64,000 bases of DNA, from NCBI GenBank assembly GCA_002104905.1, contig MCFE01000317.1:32655-96654 (forward strand), in the 5' to 3' direction. Of the stretch, positions 40,199 to 52,777 are shown one piece after another. Position 1 is the first letter of the stretch. The number at the start of each line of letters is the position of its first letter. The translations under genes were made by a program, and so were the position numbers. The notes under the pieces were generated by a model. The model worked only from the letters and a program-made list of their open reading frames with translations, was not told the origin of the DNA and searched no databases. Source of the DNA: Basidiobolus meristosporus CBS 931.73. Taxonomy: Eukaryota; Fungi; Basidiobolomycota.

Positions 40199-40558
40199 GC
40201 TTACCAACGTATTGATTAAGAAGAAAGAGGTAGACCTACTTACTTGTTGCTTAATAGGCTCATATTATCATGAATCCACAAGAAATTTTGGACGTGACCC
40301 TGGTCGACCTCACTCTTTCCCCATCACCACAAACTAATCACCCATGCGGTTGATTGTACCATGACCCAATAATAGCTGATTGGACCCAAGTCCCCACTAC
40401 CAACCAAGTTGATGGGGTCAACCCACTTCCACTACAATTTATCCTTTCTGCAAGTACTCATGGGGATTTGCCCAATAATGATCGCATTCAACATATTTCT
40501 AGATGAGCCCTGAAAATTCCATTTCCCCGCTGATTCTAGTTGTCCCGGCCAAACGACA

Positions 40559-41208
40559 ATGTTAAAGTTATGGAGGACTGCTCAAGCTACCGCTCGACCG
40601 GTGGCGAACAGTATCAAACCCAACCTTACGAATAGTACGCAACTACTTTGCTATCCCTCGCCATTCCTCTTTGATAACCTAAACTTTGATCGTAGTTTTC
40701 AGACAATATCATCAGAGCACGCCCGCTTTAGGCAAGTTAAGGAACGCCCGCGTCGCGTTTCCGTATTCTAACCATTCCTAACATTCACACAGGCCCAACC
40801 CAGATCCAGCTGCCGCGCAGCACCTACACCCAGCAAACACAAGGTGCCCTCAGTAAACTTCGCGAGCAACTTCGCTACTACGCAATTGCCGAGATAGCTG
40901 GCCGTCCGTTTTTGGTGACCAAGAATGACGTAGTGGTGGTGGACCATATGAAAGAAGTAGAGCTAGGGGATATACTGAAGCTGAATCGAGTGCGGGAGTT
41001 AGGCTCTAAGGATTACACCATCCAGGGAAAGCCGTATGTTTCGCCAGACTTCTACAGCATTCGCGCCACGGTGATTGAGCAGCCCAAAGGAAAGCAGATC
41101 GAGATCATCAAGAAGAAAAGAAGAAAGGGTTATCAGCGTCGACTCACCCATCGACAGCCTTACACCGTCCTTAGAATTTCTGAGGTCGAGGTGAATAAGT
41201 TAGCCTAA
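40559..41208 (+). CDS. MRPL49: Mitochondrial ribosomal protein bL21m
   Basis: YAIAEIAGRPFLVTKNDVV...ELGSKDYTIQGKPYV...KKKRRKGY...HRQPYTVLRI. Presequence exon from ATG 40559. Confidence 0.88.
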
Positions 41209-41805
41209 CTCCCACATCCCAGCATCTGCTCCACTTGCACAATGATCATTTACAAATATAAAGTTACTTTCTAGTCCAGATCATGTGATGAGGCTCCGTA
41301 CTCTAATCTTGGATGATGTGGGGAAGTCGGTAGGGCCACGCTTGCGGTATTCCATCCCAATAGGCTTGACAAACCACTTTCTTTTTTCTGATGAGCGTGC
41401 TGAGAATTTGGTGAATTTGTAAAATTACCCCGAAAATCGAGACTTTTACCCCAAAGCTATAACTAAAATTCTTCATGTCACGTGTTTTTCCAACCCTGCA
41501 CTTCACCCTCTGAAGCCCCAAATTTTGATCCCCCAACCAACGGCAAATTAATACCTTCAAGCATCCCGCTTAGTTTACGGTTTGTTGCCGACAATAGTTT
41601 CAAAGGTAGTGTGCTGTTCTGTCGTTGAACGTTATTAAGGATTTCGTTTGTCACTGCTTCTGTACATCCACTATACATACCCCTCTTCTGGTAAAGGCAC
41701 CACACTACATTGTTATCGTACCTTTGACACGAGTTTCTCATTCAATACTGGGATTGGAGCCTTTGAACTAACAAGAATTTCTGACCTTCTATAGAATAAT
41801 TCACT

Positions 41806-42677
41806 ATGGCCTCGAGATTGACCAGAATCGCTCCCGGTATGTCCATTCTACGTAGCTTGATTCGCACTGTCTGGATACTGATAAATATTCTTTGGTAATT
41901 TACCAGCTCTTAAGACCGTTGCTACTAGCTCCTCTATCAACGCTAGACGCTCCATTGCTTCTACCTGGGCCAGACACTACTCCACTGGCAAAGAGGGTAT
42001 GGTCCATTGGGCAGTTATCTCACGTTGCTTGTCCGTATCTAATGCAAAGTTCGGGGAATTTTCTAGAGAAGCAAGTTGAGCCTCAACAAAAGGCCCAGAG
42101 CATCATTGATGCCCTTCCCGGTAACTCTTTCATCAGCAAGACCGGTTATATCACCGTCGGCGCTGGTCTCATCACCTGGGCTATCTCCAAGGAAATCTAC
42201 GTTTTCAACGAGGAAACCTTGGTTCTCGGTTCCTTCATTGGTATTGTTACTTACCTCATCAAAATCATGAAGCAACCATACAACGAATGGGCTGAAGGCC
42301 ACATCAACCGTGTCCGCGACATCCTCGTCCAAGCTCGTGAAGACCACAAGGTTGCCGTTAAGGAGAGAGTCAATGACGTCAACCAGCTCCAAGACATCGT
42401 TGATGTTACCAAGAACCTCTTCGAGATGTCCAAGGAGATGGCCCGTCTCGAAGCTGAGGCATTCGAGCTCAAGCAAAAGTCAGCAGTCTCCGCTGAATTG
42501 AAGAGCGTCCTTGACTCTTGGGTCAGATACGAGAACTCCGTTCGTGAAAGAGAACAGAAGGAGCTTGCCACTTCAGTTATCGAGTCCGTCAAGGCACAAC
42601 TTCAAGATTCCAAGACCCAAGACCAAATCTTGGCTCAATGTTTCAAGGATGTTGAGAAGATCGCTGCTAGAGCTTAA
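41806..42677 (+). CDS. ATP4: Mitochondrial ATP synthase subunit b
   Basis: AQSIIDALPGNSFISKTG, SKEIYVFNEE, LDSWVRYENSVREREQ. Spliced presequence from ATG 41806. Confidence 0.95.
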
Positions 42678-43265
42678 GTTAACCTCACTAAATAACCACG
42701 TATCTTCTCATCCACTACCATTCTCTCATCATATACACCAATGCTGAAGTCTTCTAACCTTTCATTTTGCATCATGTTTGACACTCAGTACTCTACTGCA
42801 ACTTGCAAAACATTAGGAAACCAATTCTCATATCAACCGCAATAAAATCGGATTTTCTGAATTACACTTGATATTTTGCCGGATAAGCCAATCCGTATAT
42901 ACAACACAATCTAGATAGAGAACTATGGTTAATCCAACCCAAAAGGAAGGGCCAGAAATTGGCCGAACAATCATGCAGGCCTAGGGCATTGTAGTTAGCA
43001 TAATGAAACTTTCCGATACGGATGCAATAACCACCATTGTCCCCACCTTCTATCCAGGTTGACCACTGGAGCACAATTATCTTTCGCATCTTAAATACTC
43101 ACGCCGGCAATGGGACCAACCTTATCTACTTGTTTCTCCAACCACTTCCCTGCTCAGTGGATACCATCTTTGCAGTGTAGTGCAACTAAGTAACCCCAGC
43201 CGAAGTGGATAGAGTCTCATAAAGTCCCCTTTCTAGTTTTGCTCTCGTGATTGCATTTTTCCATC

Positions 43266-43828
43266 ATGGCAGCTAAACTCCCAGATTTGAACGACCTTTT
43301 CAACTCTCTGCCCTCATCGCAAGAGAGACTTCGCTATTCTACCGATTTCACGCAAGAGCTTATCGCCGAGTTTGATACGCAGCGTAGAAAGATGCATCAA
43401 GAACTCGAGGCTCAACGAATAGCCCTGGTAGGTTCTGAAAACATTGCCAGCTGCTTTGGCTCCTAACTCCTTTTACCAATTCATAGGAACGTGGATATCT
43501 TCAATTCAAAGAGCCGGCAGACTCGGGGTCCGCTGAAGCAGATATGCCAGATCCCGATGATCAAGCCAATCCTAGATCCACCTCTCCAGCTAAGCCACGC
43601 AAGGGTGGCAACAATTTCAAGACCTTGCGGAAGAACATCCTTCAAATATGGCGCAACAATGAGGTCACGGGGAAAGGTGAAGCGGTCAACATGCGCCGAG
43701 CGAAGAGCTGGAACACCAAGGAAGATAGTGACAGTTCTAGAGCAATTGCGGACAAAAAGTCCAAATTCAGCACTTGGAAGGGTTTTTCCTTTCCGACCTG
43801 CACTGAGGATACAACCGATGATTCCTAA
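43266..43828 (+). CDS. Hypothetical protein (about 168 aa, one intron)
   Basis: ATG 43266; a GTAGGT donor and CATAG acceptor join the 43251 and 43544 ORFs in frame. Coiled-coil N-terminus. Confidence 0.55.
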
Positions 43829-44276
43829 TGTGCGTAGTAAGTTCTTCGGGTGTTTTGGATATATGTTGAAAGCGAATGTTAGGCCAAATATCTGGTTGAT
43901 GTATGCCCTTCTGCACTGGTTGCAAGGACATCTCATTGTTATTTTACCTATGCTGATGACGGCCTGTGCTCTAGATAATTGTGAACACTTGGATGATCCC
44001 CTTCTATTCGCAACTGTTATAAAAATACTATTGAACTAGATACGAGCTTGTGTTTGATGTAGCTTTTAATCAAGATAAAAGTCATCTAAAGAATGTGTGT
44101 GTATTTGCGTACCTCCCGTGAAGCAACGATTATACACAGAGGAGCCAAGAAACCAAGTATGAGAAATGAATGATGAGTGAAGATAATAAAGATCAATTGA
44201 AGGTTCTAAGTGAAGGTTTTGTAGAATTTGTTGATTGTATTGGTGTGCTTATTCATGTTCTGCAATAGGTTCGCAC

Positions 44277-44677
44277 TTATGTCTTCTTGTTCTTCATGAA
44301 GTTGGTGGCCTTAATTTGCTCCTTATTTACACGTCTGTAGTAGGCCTTGTCGTTAGGATCGTTTCTACGTGCTTCCCGCTTCTCGGTATCGAGCAATTCC
44401 CACAACCATTCGGGATATTCACTCTCAGCTTTGGCAATTGGATCGCCCTTGCCCTTGGTAAAGTTAATCCCCTTCAACACGGTACCTTCGGGAGCTGAGG
44501 ATGTAGGATATACTTTCTTGGTTTTTCCCTCTGCCTTGGCTAAGTACAAATATTTTTAGGAACGAGCGTGGTCAATATTCGTTTAGTAAAAAGTTTACCA
44601 GCAACGTTAGAGGCGCTGACAGCAGTGGTACGGAAGAGTCGCACCAGAGCTACGTTTCTTAAGAGTAAGCCGGACAT
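44277..44677 (-). CDS. MRPL37: Mitochondrial ribosomal protein mL54
   Basis: GTVLKGINFTKGKGDPIAKAESEYPEWLWELLD signature, with a presequence exon. Confidence 0.88.
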
Positions 44678-44890
44678 GACGGGGATTTGCTAAATAGAAG
44701 TAAGGCTCACTTATGCTTCAGGTCGTCAAGTTGACTCCAGCAAAATATTTCGCTACATAAAATTTTTCAAGAGGTTTTCAATGATAGCCCTGTAAACTGA
44801 TCAATCAAATTATATTTGTGCTGAATAAATTATCGGATAATTAACCACGAAAATTGGGTAATTTATCTATGAGCTTGACTTTTATTTTGA

Positions 44891-45814
44891 TTATATCAAA
44901 ATGCCGTAGTATTCTGCTCTCGGGTATGATGTTTGCAGTTCTGGCCATTGAACCAGAAACCTATCTACCCATGGATACAAAATTCTTCCAGTCAAGGAAA
45001 GCGTGTTAACTCTGGCAAAGGATTCGACATATACAATCGTCGCATGATGTATTCCCAGCACCTTCCAGAGTAAAATAATCAGAATTGAAAAAAATATCTT
45101 TTGCAAAGATTAGGTTATACCTTGAGTATGTATAATAGGACGCAGACTGGTACACAGCTTCCAGGTCCATTGCAAACCACCTATGTTGAACAAGAATTTA
45201 TAAATTACTTGTTCACTTGGAGTGAAAAGTGAGAAGCACTTACGAGCTCTGGTCGTTCAGAATACACGAAACTGAAGGAGTAGACGAGTGCCTTAAGGAC
45301 ACTTACTGGTGTGGTGAGCCAAGATTGACCAACTTGACGAGCTCGAGGAATTTTGTATATCCTGTACTGTAGATCGGTATTGTTAGCAACAGTGATGCTT
45401 GGTTATCTCTGCTATCAGCTCGCTATGAAATACCTCTTCTCCTTCTAGACTCTTTACCGTGCTTTCAAATTCCTTAGCTTTCACTTCACTAAGTGCATCA
45501 GAATCAGCACACACATATATCCTTGGCGTATACTTCCTCAACTCAAGGCCTTTGACAAACTGTAACATCTCAGTTGTGTGGCCGCCTATCGTCCAAATGG
45601 GTCATAAAGTTTAAGCACCACAATGGTTGGGTTTTTTTCGGACAATGAAGCAATTAACACCGCCAAACTCCATACCTGAGCCAAGAAAAATTAAAGCTTT
45701 GCATGGAATAGTTCGGCCACTGCCTTTAATGTGTCTGCTACCACGAAGAGACCACACTCTGTAGCCCAGGAATAGGCCTATGCTAGTAATTAGCACAAAG
45801 CAGATATACAACAT
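44891..45814 (-). CDS. ALG14: UDP-GlcNAc transferase subunit
   Basis: N-terminal TM, FLGSG|GHTTEM, VYVESFARVNTLSLTGRILY, FLVQWPEL. Confidence 0.92.
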
Positions 45815-45914
45815 GATCAAATTGGTCCTTGGTTTTTCATACTAAATACGTATGGTTTGTTCAACTCGGGATTTTATTACAGAATTTGAGGCAATCACGA
45901 TCATTTGTATAATT

Positions 45915-46450
45915 CTATTTGGAGAGAGATGAGCCAGAGCAAGATTTATCATTGGTCATGTCTGACTCCCTCATCTTCACTAATAAAGTGCTGATCGAAT
46001 CCCCATGTATTCGCCATAAATCATGATTATCGTGCACAGCTAAGCTAAGCTCCATGGCCATATTCGTAAGGGAGCGCAGGATTCTGCCAAGGTTCCAGAT
46101 ATTACTGGCTATATTTAGCATCGCTGCCTATTATGGCTCCATATGACAGACACCCTTCGTTCCATTGGTTTTGAATCAGGCACCACTACTCCGCAACTAG
46201 AGCAGAGGTAGGACTTTCTGGCCTTTTGCACCTGATCCAATGTCAGTGACAGACAATAAGAGCCAAAGTATGTGAAATTCCTGCAGTGAAACATAGAATT
46301 TAAATGGCTTAAGCTTCTTCTAGTATTCGCTTGGTGCATAGGGTCTTTGACACAAACAATTAGGCCATTGTCATCAAAGTTAATGTTGTGGGTCATAGTA
46401 TCCGATTTAGAAAGACTGTCTTTTGAGGAAAGCGTTGAAAGCTGGGTCAT
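45915..46450 (-). CDS. Possible hypothetical protein (two overlapping short ORFs)
   Basis: ATG ORF 46115-46450 overlaps 45915-46121 in another frame. No motif found and splicing unresolved. Confidence 0.25.
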
Positions 46451-46738
46451 TTTAAATGCGGCAATTTGTCCGTTACATCGAACATTGGCATCTATGTAAC
46501 ATGATAATCTTTGACGTAATAGCTATGCAAGATGCCACTTCCTAGTGGATTCTTTCCATTAGAACACTTTCAAGTAGTATGATCGAACAATACTGTACCA
46601 CCGTGTTGAACAAAACGGGTTTTGACATTGTAAATGTGTCTCCATAGCGGTTCCCTGCATGCTTCACCCAGAAACTATATATAATCTTAGATGGCCATCT
46701 GGCTTTTGTATCATCACTAAATCTTAACCGCTTTTACC

Positions 46739-47578
46739 ATGTCGAATCTTATGTTGGAAACACAAACCCTCCATACATTCCCTCATTTCACCCACCAGGA
46801 ACACGAAATTGAGCCTGCAACCGTTCCCGTCGAGAGCGTCTCTGAAAAGCCTGACCCACATCAGGAACTCCTTCAATTTGTGAACAACGTCCGTTTGCCA
46901 ACCAAGCAAGAATTCCGTGATATCGTTCAAGACAAGCAGAAGTCTACGGAATTGTACTCCACCCTACTTGATACTTGCGAACAATTGGACAAGTTAACCA
47001 AGGATAGCCAAACCGAAGCTCCTGCCTGCATCGATGACCTTCCTCAATATTGGACCGTCCTAGGCTCGCCTTACTATCAGAAAGCACGCACCATGGCTTT
47101 GAGACAGTTCCATTCTCCTCAATCATCCTACTTCCTCCCTAACAGTGATGAGATGATTTTTGAGATTGTAAAGAGCTGGAACGTATTCCCTAGCAGCATC
47201 CTCAAGAGCCAGCATGGGCGTGAGCGTGTATTGGCATGGATTAAGACATTCTATGCCCTCGAAAGAGCTGCAGTTCGTAACAAGGTGGTCGGAGTCCGTA
47301 TGAGCGTTCGCAATCACCGCAAGCTGGATGGTAAAGCATTGACTCAAAGCATCTTACCTGAAGGTTATCCAGTTACACATCAAATGGTCAAGCGCGCGGT
47401 GTTGATGAGAGACACTAGCAAGCGCAGAGGCTCTTGGTCGAATATGGACAAGGAAAGAGAATTCTGGAACCATTACCAGGAAGCACTCGTTGACTTGCGT
47501 GATATGTCACGCCATGAGGCTGAATCACATCTTACTAGCCTTGTAAAGAAGGATCAGGAGCACCACGGAAAATTCTAA
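46739..47578 (+). CDS. Hypothetical protein (279 aa)
   Basis: Intronless ATG ORF with gene-like composition and an upstream TATA-like element. No family recognised. Confidence 0.7.
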   Translation: MSNLMLETQTLHTFPHFTHQEHEIEPATVPVESVSEKPDPHQELLQFVNNVRLPTKQEFRDIVQDKQKSTELYSTLLDTCEQLDKLTKDSQTEAPACIDDLPQYWTVLGSPYYQKARTMALRQFHSPQSSYFLPNSDEMIFEIVKSWNVFPSSILKSQHGRERVLAWIKTFYALERAAVRNKVVGVRMSVRNHRKLDGKALTQSILPEGYPVTHQMVKRAVLMRDTSKRRGSWSNMDKEREFWNHYQEALVDLRDMSRHEAESHLTSLVKKDQEHHGKF

Positions 47579-48549
47579 GTACTCTCCACCGAATGCGCTG
47601 TCCATGTATTTCTCCATAATTTTTGTATTTGTGTCTTGAAGTTACAGCCAAGCAATGGTGTATATTTGGTGGATGTCAGATAGCAGTCGATTCATATATT
47701 TTATTTCCTGGCTTGTTGAAATTAGTATCGTAGTTATAAAGAATTTTTAAAACCACTAAATAACTGTGTTGCCCCCATCACTACAAAGCCATATAAAATT
47801 TCCTACTGAAATATCCGTTTGCTCCATTAACATTATTACAAAGCCATACAAACTTCTCTACTGACATACCCGTTGGCTGCATTTAGTCCAAAAATGCTAA
47901 AGATTCATGAGTATAGGCCTAGTGCTCATATACCTGGGCCACTCTATGTTCAGTGTAAGTACCAATCAATCGTACTTCTCACAAGTGCTGGATGGCAGTA
48001 AGAATTATATATATAACACAAGTACCGAATGATCGTAATTAGCATAAATACTGGATAGTCGTTAGCGTTATTGATCAATTATAACATAGTTCCAAAACTT
48101 CATGTAGTAATATTGTCGGATAATATATATCTTCTATATCTTATGCATGCTAAAGATACATTGGACAATGTTACTACGCAAGACGCACCCACTAGTACAT
48201 ATCAGAATCAACATCGGAGCGCCACATGCTATCAAGCAGTCATACAGCACTGATCTTTATTACTAATTGTAGTATGGGATTGCCAGGATTTCCTATTGTG
48301 ACCCAAGCGCTAAGATTGCAAACTAGTCGATCAGCTTATCGCATAGTAATCTTGAACAATCCCAGCAGAATAACTATTCTCTCTGATGGTTGACCTATCA
48401 TGTGCTTTTTAATATTTGCAAGAAACATGCATTCGCTAGTTAAGACACTGCATACAACCTCAATTTACTATAAAACCCATTTCTGCTCTCGTATTGCTTT
48501 TGCTTTCCTTCCTGTTTTCGATTTTGTGTATATAATCGTCTATGTTGTA

Positions 48550-49737
48550 ATGTTTTCGGATGCACGTCCAACCTTGCCGTTCTATTCCTCAGAAAATATA
48601 AACAGTCAATTGACAAATCAAGTCCTACCCGTGATAGCATTCCTCAAATGGTCCCGGCGAATAAAGCTAGCCATCCTTGCAATATTCTTGTTCTTCACGC
48701 TCTGTACCTTGAGGATACTAGACTTTATAAGTCCACCGCAAGTAAAATTCGGCATACACAGACAGCCTCAAGATCCTCGGATGGCGATTTTCGTTCTTAC
48801 CTCATCGAAGACATTCTACGATCGAGGACGCGCGGTTATTGATACCTGGGGAAGAGTAGCCGAGGAGCGTGGCATTCCAGTGTACTTTGCTTCTTCTGTT
48901 GTTCCCGCTGAGAAATACGGCTTCCTCACACTCGACATTCCAGAAACAGACTACGAACATATTTACCAAAGAACCTTCCTCGCACTGGAGCATTTCCACA
49001 AGCTGAACCACTACGATTGGATCATGAAAGTGGACGATGATACTTACGTGAATGTTGATCAATTATTAAAGGCAATAACGGAGGAAGATCCCAACCAACT
49101 CCGATTACTGGGTCACATGGACTCAGGCCCTGCAGCACCTATTCACTCATGTTTCGGTGGCCCTGGATACATCCTAAGCAAAAAGCTCCTGAATGCCGTT
49201 GGCCCTTATCTTGCGAAATGTCGGCATTCTGCAAGCGAGGGGGCTGAGGATGTACTTTTAGCCGAGTGTATTGGTCGCCACAAACCTCAGTGGTTTGATG
49301 GTTGCTTACCTTTTAGGAGTGACGTCAAGGATGTGGTCGAGGATTTAACGGGAATGCCCGTCAATGGATATGAAACTGTAGACCAGTTAATGCAGCCCAT
49401 TGGGAATGTAAGTTGGATGCATTTGATTGCTTCTGATGCATTAAGTGGTGTTCTCCCTCCTCCACCAGAGAGGGTTGTTCAACCACTTGGTAAGAATGTT
49501 GCACAATCAATAACGGCGTTTAGCCCGCGATTATCCCAATATCTACATGCTCCACTGCTGGAGCGTTTTGTTGGTTTGCCTGATGAAAGTATCATCCTCT
49601 CGAGTCGATACACTCAGCGCTATTGGCACACTTACTATTATAGGTATTGGTCATTAGCAGAAGCGTATACGTTCCACAAGGTGTTGCCAAGGGGAATGTA
49701 CAAACTACATCGCATCTATCAAGGAATGTTGACTTAA
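48550..49737 (+). CDS. Type II membrane glycosyltransferase, GT31 (fringe/C1GALT-like)
   Basis: TM anchor (LAILAIFLFFTLC), DWIMKVDDDTYVNVDQL (DxD), FGGPGYILS, EDVLLAECI. Likely ATG at 48550. Confidence 0.85.
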   Translation: MFSDARPTLPFYSSENINSQLTNQVLPVIAFLKWSRRIKLAILAIFLFFTLCTLRILDFISPPQVKFGIHRQPQDPRMAIFVLTSSKTFYDRGRAVIDTWGRVAEERGIPVYFASSVVPAEKYGFLTLDIPETDYEHIYQRTFLALEHFHKLNHYDWIMKVDDDTYVNVDQLLKAITEEDPNQLRLLGHMDSGPAAPIHSCFGGPGYILSKKLLNAVGPYLAKCRHSASEGAEDVLLAECIGRHKPQWFDGCLPFRSDVKDVVEDLTGMPVNGYETVDQLMQPIGNVSWMHLIASDALSGVLPPPPERVVQPLGKNVAQSITAFSPRLSQYLHAPLLERFVGLPDESIILSSRYTQRYWHTYYYRYWSLAEAYTFHKVLPRGMYKLHRIYQGMLT

Positions 49738-51170
49738 TATTGCTCTATTTATAATAACATTAGATTACAGTGGTGTTCATATTTGTCACTATCGTTGGAC
49801 TATCACGCACTAGACTCCTGATTTTTTTAATAAAGTAGCTTCAACAATATATCTTGCTTTGGATGAAGTCCATCTTGAGAGAGATTTAAAATATATAATT
49901 CTCCTTGCTGTTGGGACCCTCCTCGAAATACTCCTATCATTACTTTTACACTCAGAAGTATGAACAAATATGTGAAGACCACGCTTTCTTTCGAAATACT
50001 CCAAACTACCTCTAGGTTCCCACAGTCACATTCAACCAGATCTGCATTAAAATGCTTTGATACACCGCAAATATAAAGTCGGAATAATCAGCTAAAATCT
50101 TGCATTTCCCATGCCACTCAAATATCAAAGATAAGCAGAGGACGGAGATAAGCTCCTTGGTGACTCGAAGGGAAAGAGTGTCCATAAGAGATTACTGATA
50201 GTTACCAAAAAGTACAACTACCCATCAGGAACATAAATGCATAAACTTGGAAGCGGCGTTATTGATGTCTATTGAATCGAACGCTGGTGACACGATACAC
50301 ATTGTATGCAGGCAATATACATGGGTCTTCAAATAATGTGCCCAAGCTCGGGTAGGAAATATTCTTGAAGGCGATTCCAAGGATATAGAGGTGGTAAGAG
50401 TATCCAGCTATTCATATACGCTAGCTCTTGTAACTCCTGGGAACCAACTGACCAGCCGATACAGATTTATCTGGATGCGAGATCTCAAGGCGCGGGAACA
50501 ATCCGAACCCCATCCAGAACCCGAAACACTTTTCAATGAATACAATTAATTAAACCGAATTATAGGTTTGCAATTCGCTTCTTGACAATCAACCTTTGGG
50601 AAGTCCACTATATAATGTATTGCAACCTATCAATGTTGTATGTCAACATTGTGCTGATAACGAGTACTTGCGTAAATATACCTCATCATCAATAACTCGG
50701 GTCTTGTTACTGTGGCTACTAGAGTTCGCACGTTGGTTTAAAGATTGCATACCTTGACACATTGGTACTAATCTTTCATGTGCTAGAGCCGAACATAAAC
50801 AAAATGTATTGTGCATATGATAGATCAGGGGTTTGTGACAGATTAGACTTCAAGGCATTCTAGAGTCATAGAGACGTTTTGAGAAGTAAGCTAGGTTACA
50901 TTTCCTCATCAAAGGGTCCAAATTTGCAAAGTAATTTCCTGCTTCTGCCAGAGAAAATTGTTAAATGTGGTACAGAGCACAAGAGGCTTGTCAGCTTGCA
51001 TTGTGGAATATTTTCGCCTTCCAATGCTTCAAATTCAGAAGCAGTGACTGCTAACTAATAAGAAAATAGCCGAGAATTTGCTGGCAAGTAGCGTCCCCAT
51101 CAGCAAGTGAAATCCGATGTGTAGGTATAAATAAACTCTGAAGTGCATCCATCAATACATCCAGTTCAAC

Positions 51171-51371
51171 ATGAAACTCTCTCCGATCCGCTTTATCTTG
51201 GCCATCTTTGCTATTGCCGTTGCCGTTGAAGCACAGAATGCCTGCAGGGATGCTTGTTCCCGTGAGGCCAACGCCTGTTTAGCCAGGTGCAAAGGCACCC
51301 CCATGCAATACAACTGTAACTTGGGATGTATCCAACGTTCTCAAGCCTGCCGCGACAAGTGCCCTCAATGA
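51171..51371 (+). CDS. Small secreted cysteine-rich peptide (66 aa, 8 Cys)
   Basis: Signal peptide MKLSPIRFILAIFAIAVAVEA; mature pattern CX3CX6CX3CX8CX3CX6CX3C; TATAAATA about 45 bp upstream. Confidence 0.85.
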   Translation: MKLSPIRFILAIFAIAVAVEAQNACRDACSREANACLARCKGTPMQYNCNLGCIQRSQACRDKCPQ

Positions 51372-51727
51372 CATGATATAGCCACAAAACAGCAGTCTGA
51401 CGACTAATCAAATCATCTGATGCATTATTTAAAGTAGTGCGAAGTTCATCAATTTAATCATTAAAGGGGCTTTAATTATGATCCTTCAGTATGTCTCCAG
51501 TACTTCTTAATTTACTCTTGGTGTAAAATGTCATCATTAAGCATCAGGAATCGAATAGATATCAAATGTGTATAAATGGAAGGTGGCGGACAATGAACAC
51601 TGGCGAGATTGGTACTTGGATTTTTTTGGTTAACATTTAATAGCAAAATCTGATTTTTATAATGTGTTATAGAGTAGAGATGAATTTGGCTGCTAATAAC
51701 CATACAAATTGGCATCAATAATTCAAT

Positions 51728-51835
51728 GGTTAAGCAGGGGGGGTCACAATCACCAACAGATAAAATCTTTATTTCAGTAACTCAAAATAAAGCATTGGGG
51801 TTAGGGTGGATGAAAGGCACCAAGTGATGAAATCA
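51728..51835 (-). repeat. Two decayed stubs of the 3' terminal module
   Basis: caccaacagataaaatctttatttcag and ggggttagggtggatgaaaggcaccaagtgatgaaatc match the module with G-to-A changes on +. Confidence 0.65.
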
Positions 51836-51853
51836 TAGGGGGAGGGAATGCTT

Positions 51854-52288
51854 GGGGAGACAGTCACCAACAGGTGAAATCTTTATTTCAGTTGAAACAA
51901 AGAAGCCAGCACTACTGTTGTAGCTTTGTTACAAGAGCATGTAGCTGAGGGGAATTTGTAGGTAAGTTTACAGGAAGTGATGATGGTTCTTCAGTGCTCA
52001 AGACACTGTTCAGTGGGAAGGGGGGTAGCAAGAGGGGTAAGAATGATTTGTGAGCAACATTAATGAGGGGAATATGATAAGGATTGATATTCATCATAAA
52101 GGGAGTGTGCTGCTGCAGATATTGCTGCCAAAAGTCTGTCAAGTACTTCAGGTAGGCCAGCTTGGGTTTTTCTGACTGCAGAATATAGTGAGCAAACTTC
52201 TTGACTTCAAGATCTCTAAGTATAGTTCTCCAGCAGGAGCCAGGTGTAGTGTGGTGTGTTCTCTTCCAGGTCTTGAATAGTGGATTGT
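51854..52288 (-). mobile_element. Family A' LINE, 3' fragment (ORF2 C-terminus)
   Basis: Visibly diverged copy of the family A 3' end (about 90% by eye). Encodes KTWKRTHHTTPGSCWRTIL...LVTKLQQ. Confidence 0.85.
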
Positions 52289-52777
52289 TTAGGGTTAGGG
52301 GAGGGAAAGTCACCAAGGTAGGTGAAATAATTATTTGATTTCAGACAAGTCTAACTACAAATAAAGAAGCCAGCTGGGAATAGAAGATTCCCAAAGTGAA
52401 CACTAAGTTGAATATGAATAAATCTAGCTAAAGTTAAGGCAGTATCCCAAAGTACACTGGAGCTCAGGTTCATGGGGGAGTGAAGTAGATAAGCTTGAGA
52501 GATATAATAGTCTTTGAGGAAGTGGGTAACAGCAGGTGAAGGGGAGTTTTTGATAAGTGAAGTGAATTTTGAGAGCAGAGATTCCTCTAATGAGAAGGTC
52601 TTGTAAACTGGAGAATCAGGAAACTCTTTAAAGGCATGGTCAGTAGGTTCCCAGTAAAGCTGGTCCAAGACATTTTGAGAGAATTGTTTAGCAATACTTT
52701 TGTCAAGTACTACCTCTAGAGTGTGATGGTAGATAAATCTCATGTTAACAATCTTGGATAAATTGTAACCTTGTTGC
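52289..52777 (-). mobile_element. ORF1-only element C', 5'-truncated
   Basis: KIVNMRFIYHHTLEVVLDK...FSLEESLLSKFTSLIKNSPS is homologous to the 63013 ORF and runs directly into the 3' module with no RT. Confidence 0.75.

Noticed and set aside
41303-41741. Two short minus-strand ORFs between bL21m and ATP4
   Set aside because: No motif, they lie in the ATP4 upstream region, and they are likely spurious.
50040-50600. Degenerate protein kinase relic in the AT-rich zone
   Set aside because: Only vague subdomain-like fragments interrupted by stops, which I cannot support without a profile search.
52289-52320. ORFs starting MVTF(P/L)P (51912, 52351 and 63013 tracks) as real translational fusions
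   Set aside because: The starts are TTG/GTG inside hairpin 2 of the neighbouring unit. Other junctions (54633, 62100) are out of frame or stopped, so this is likely chance.
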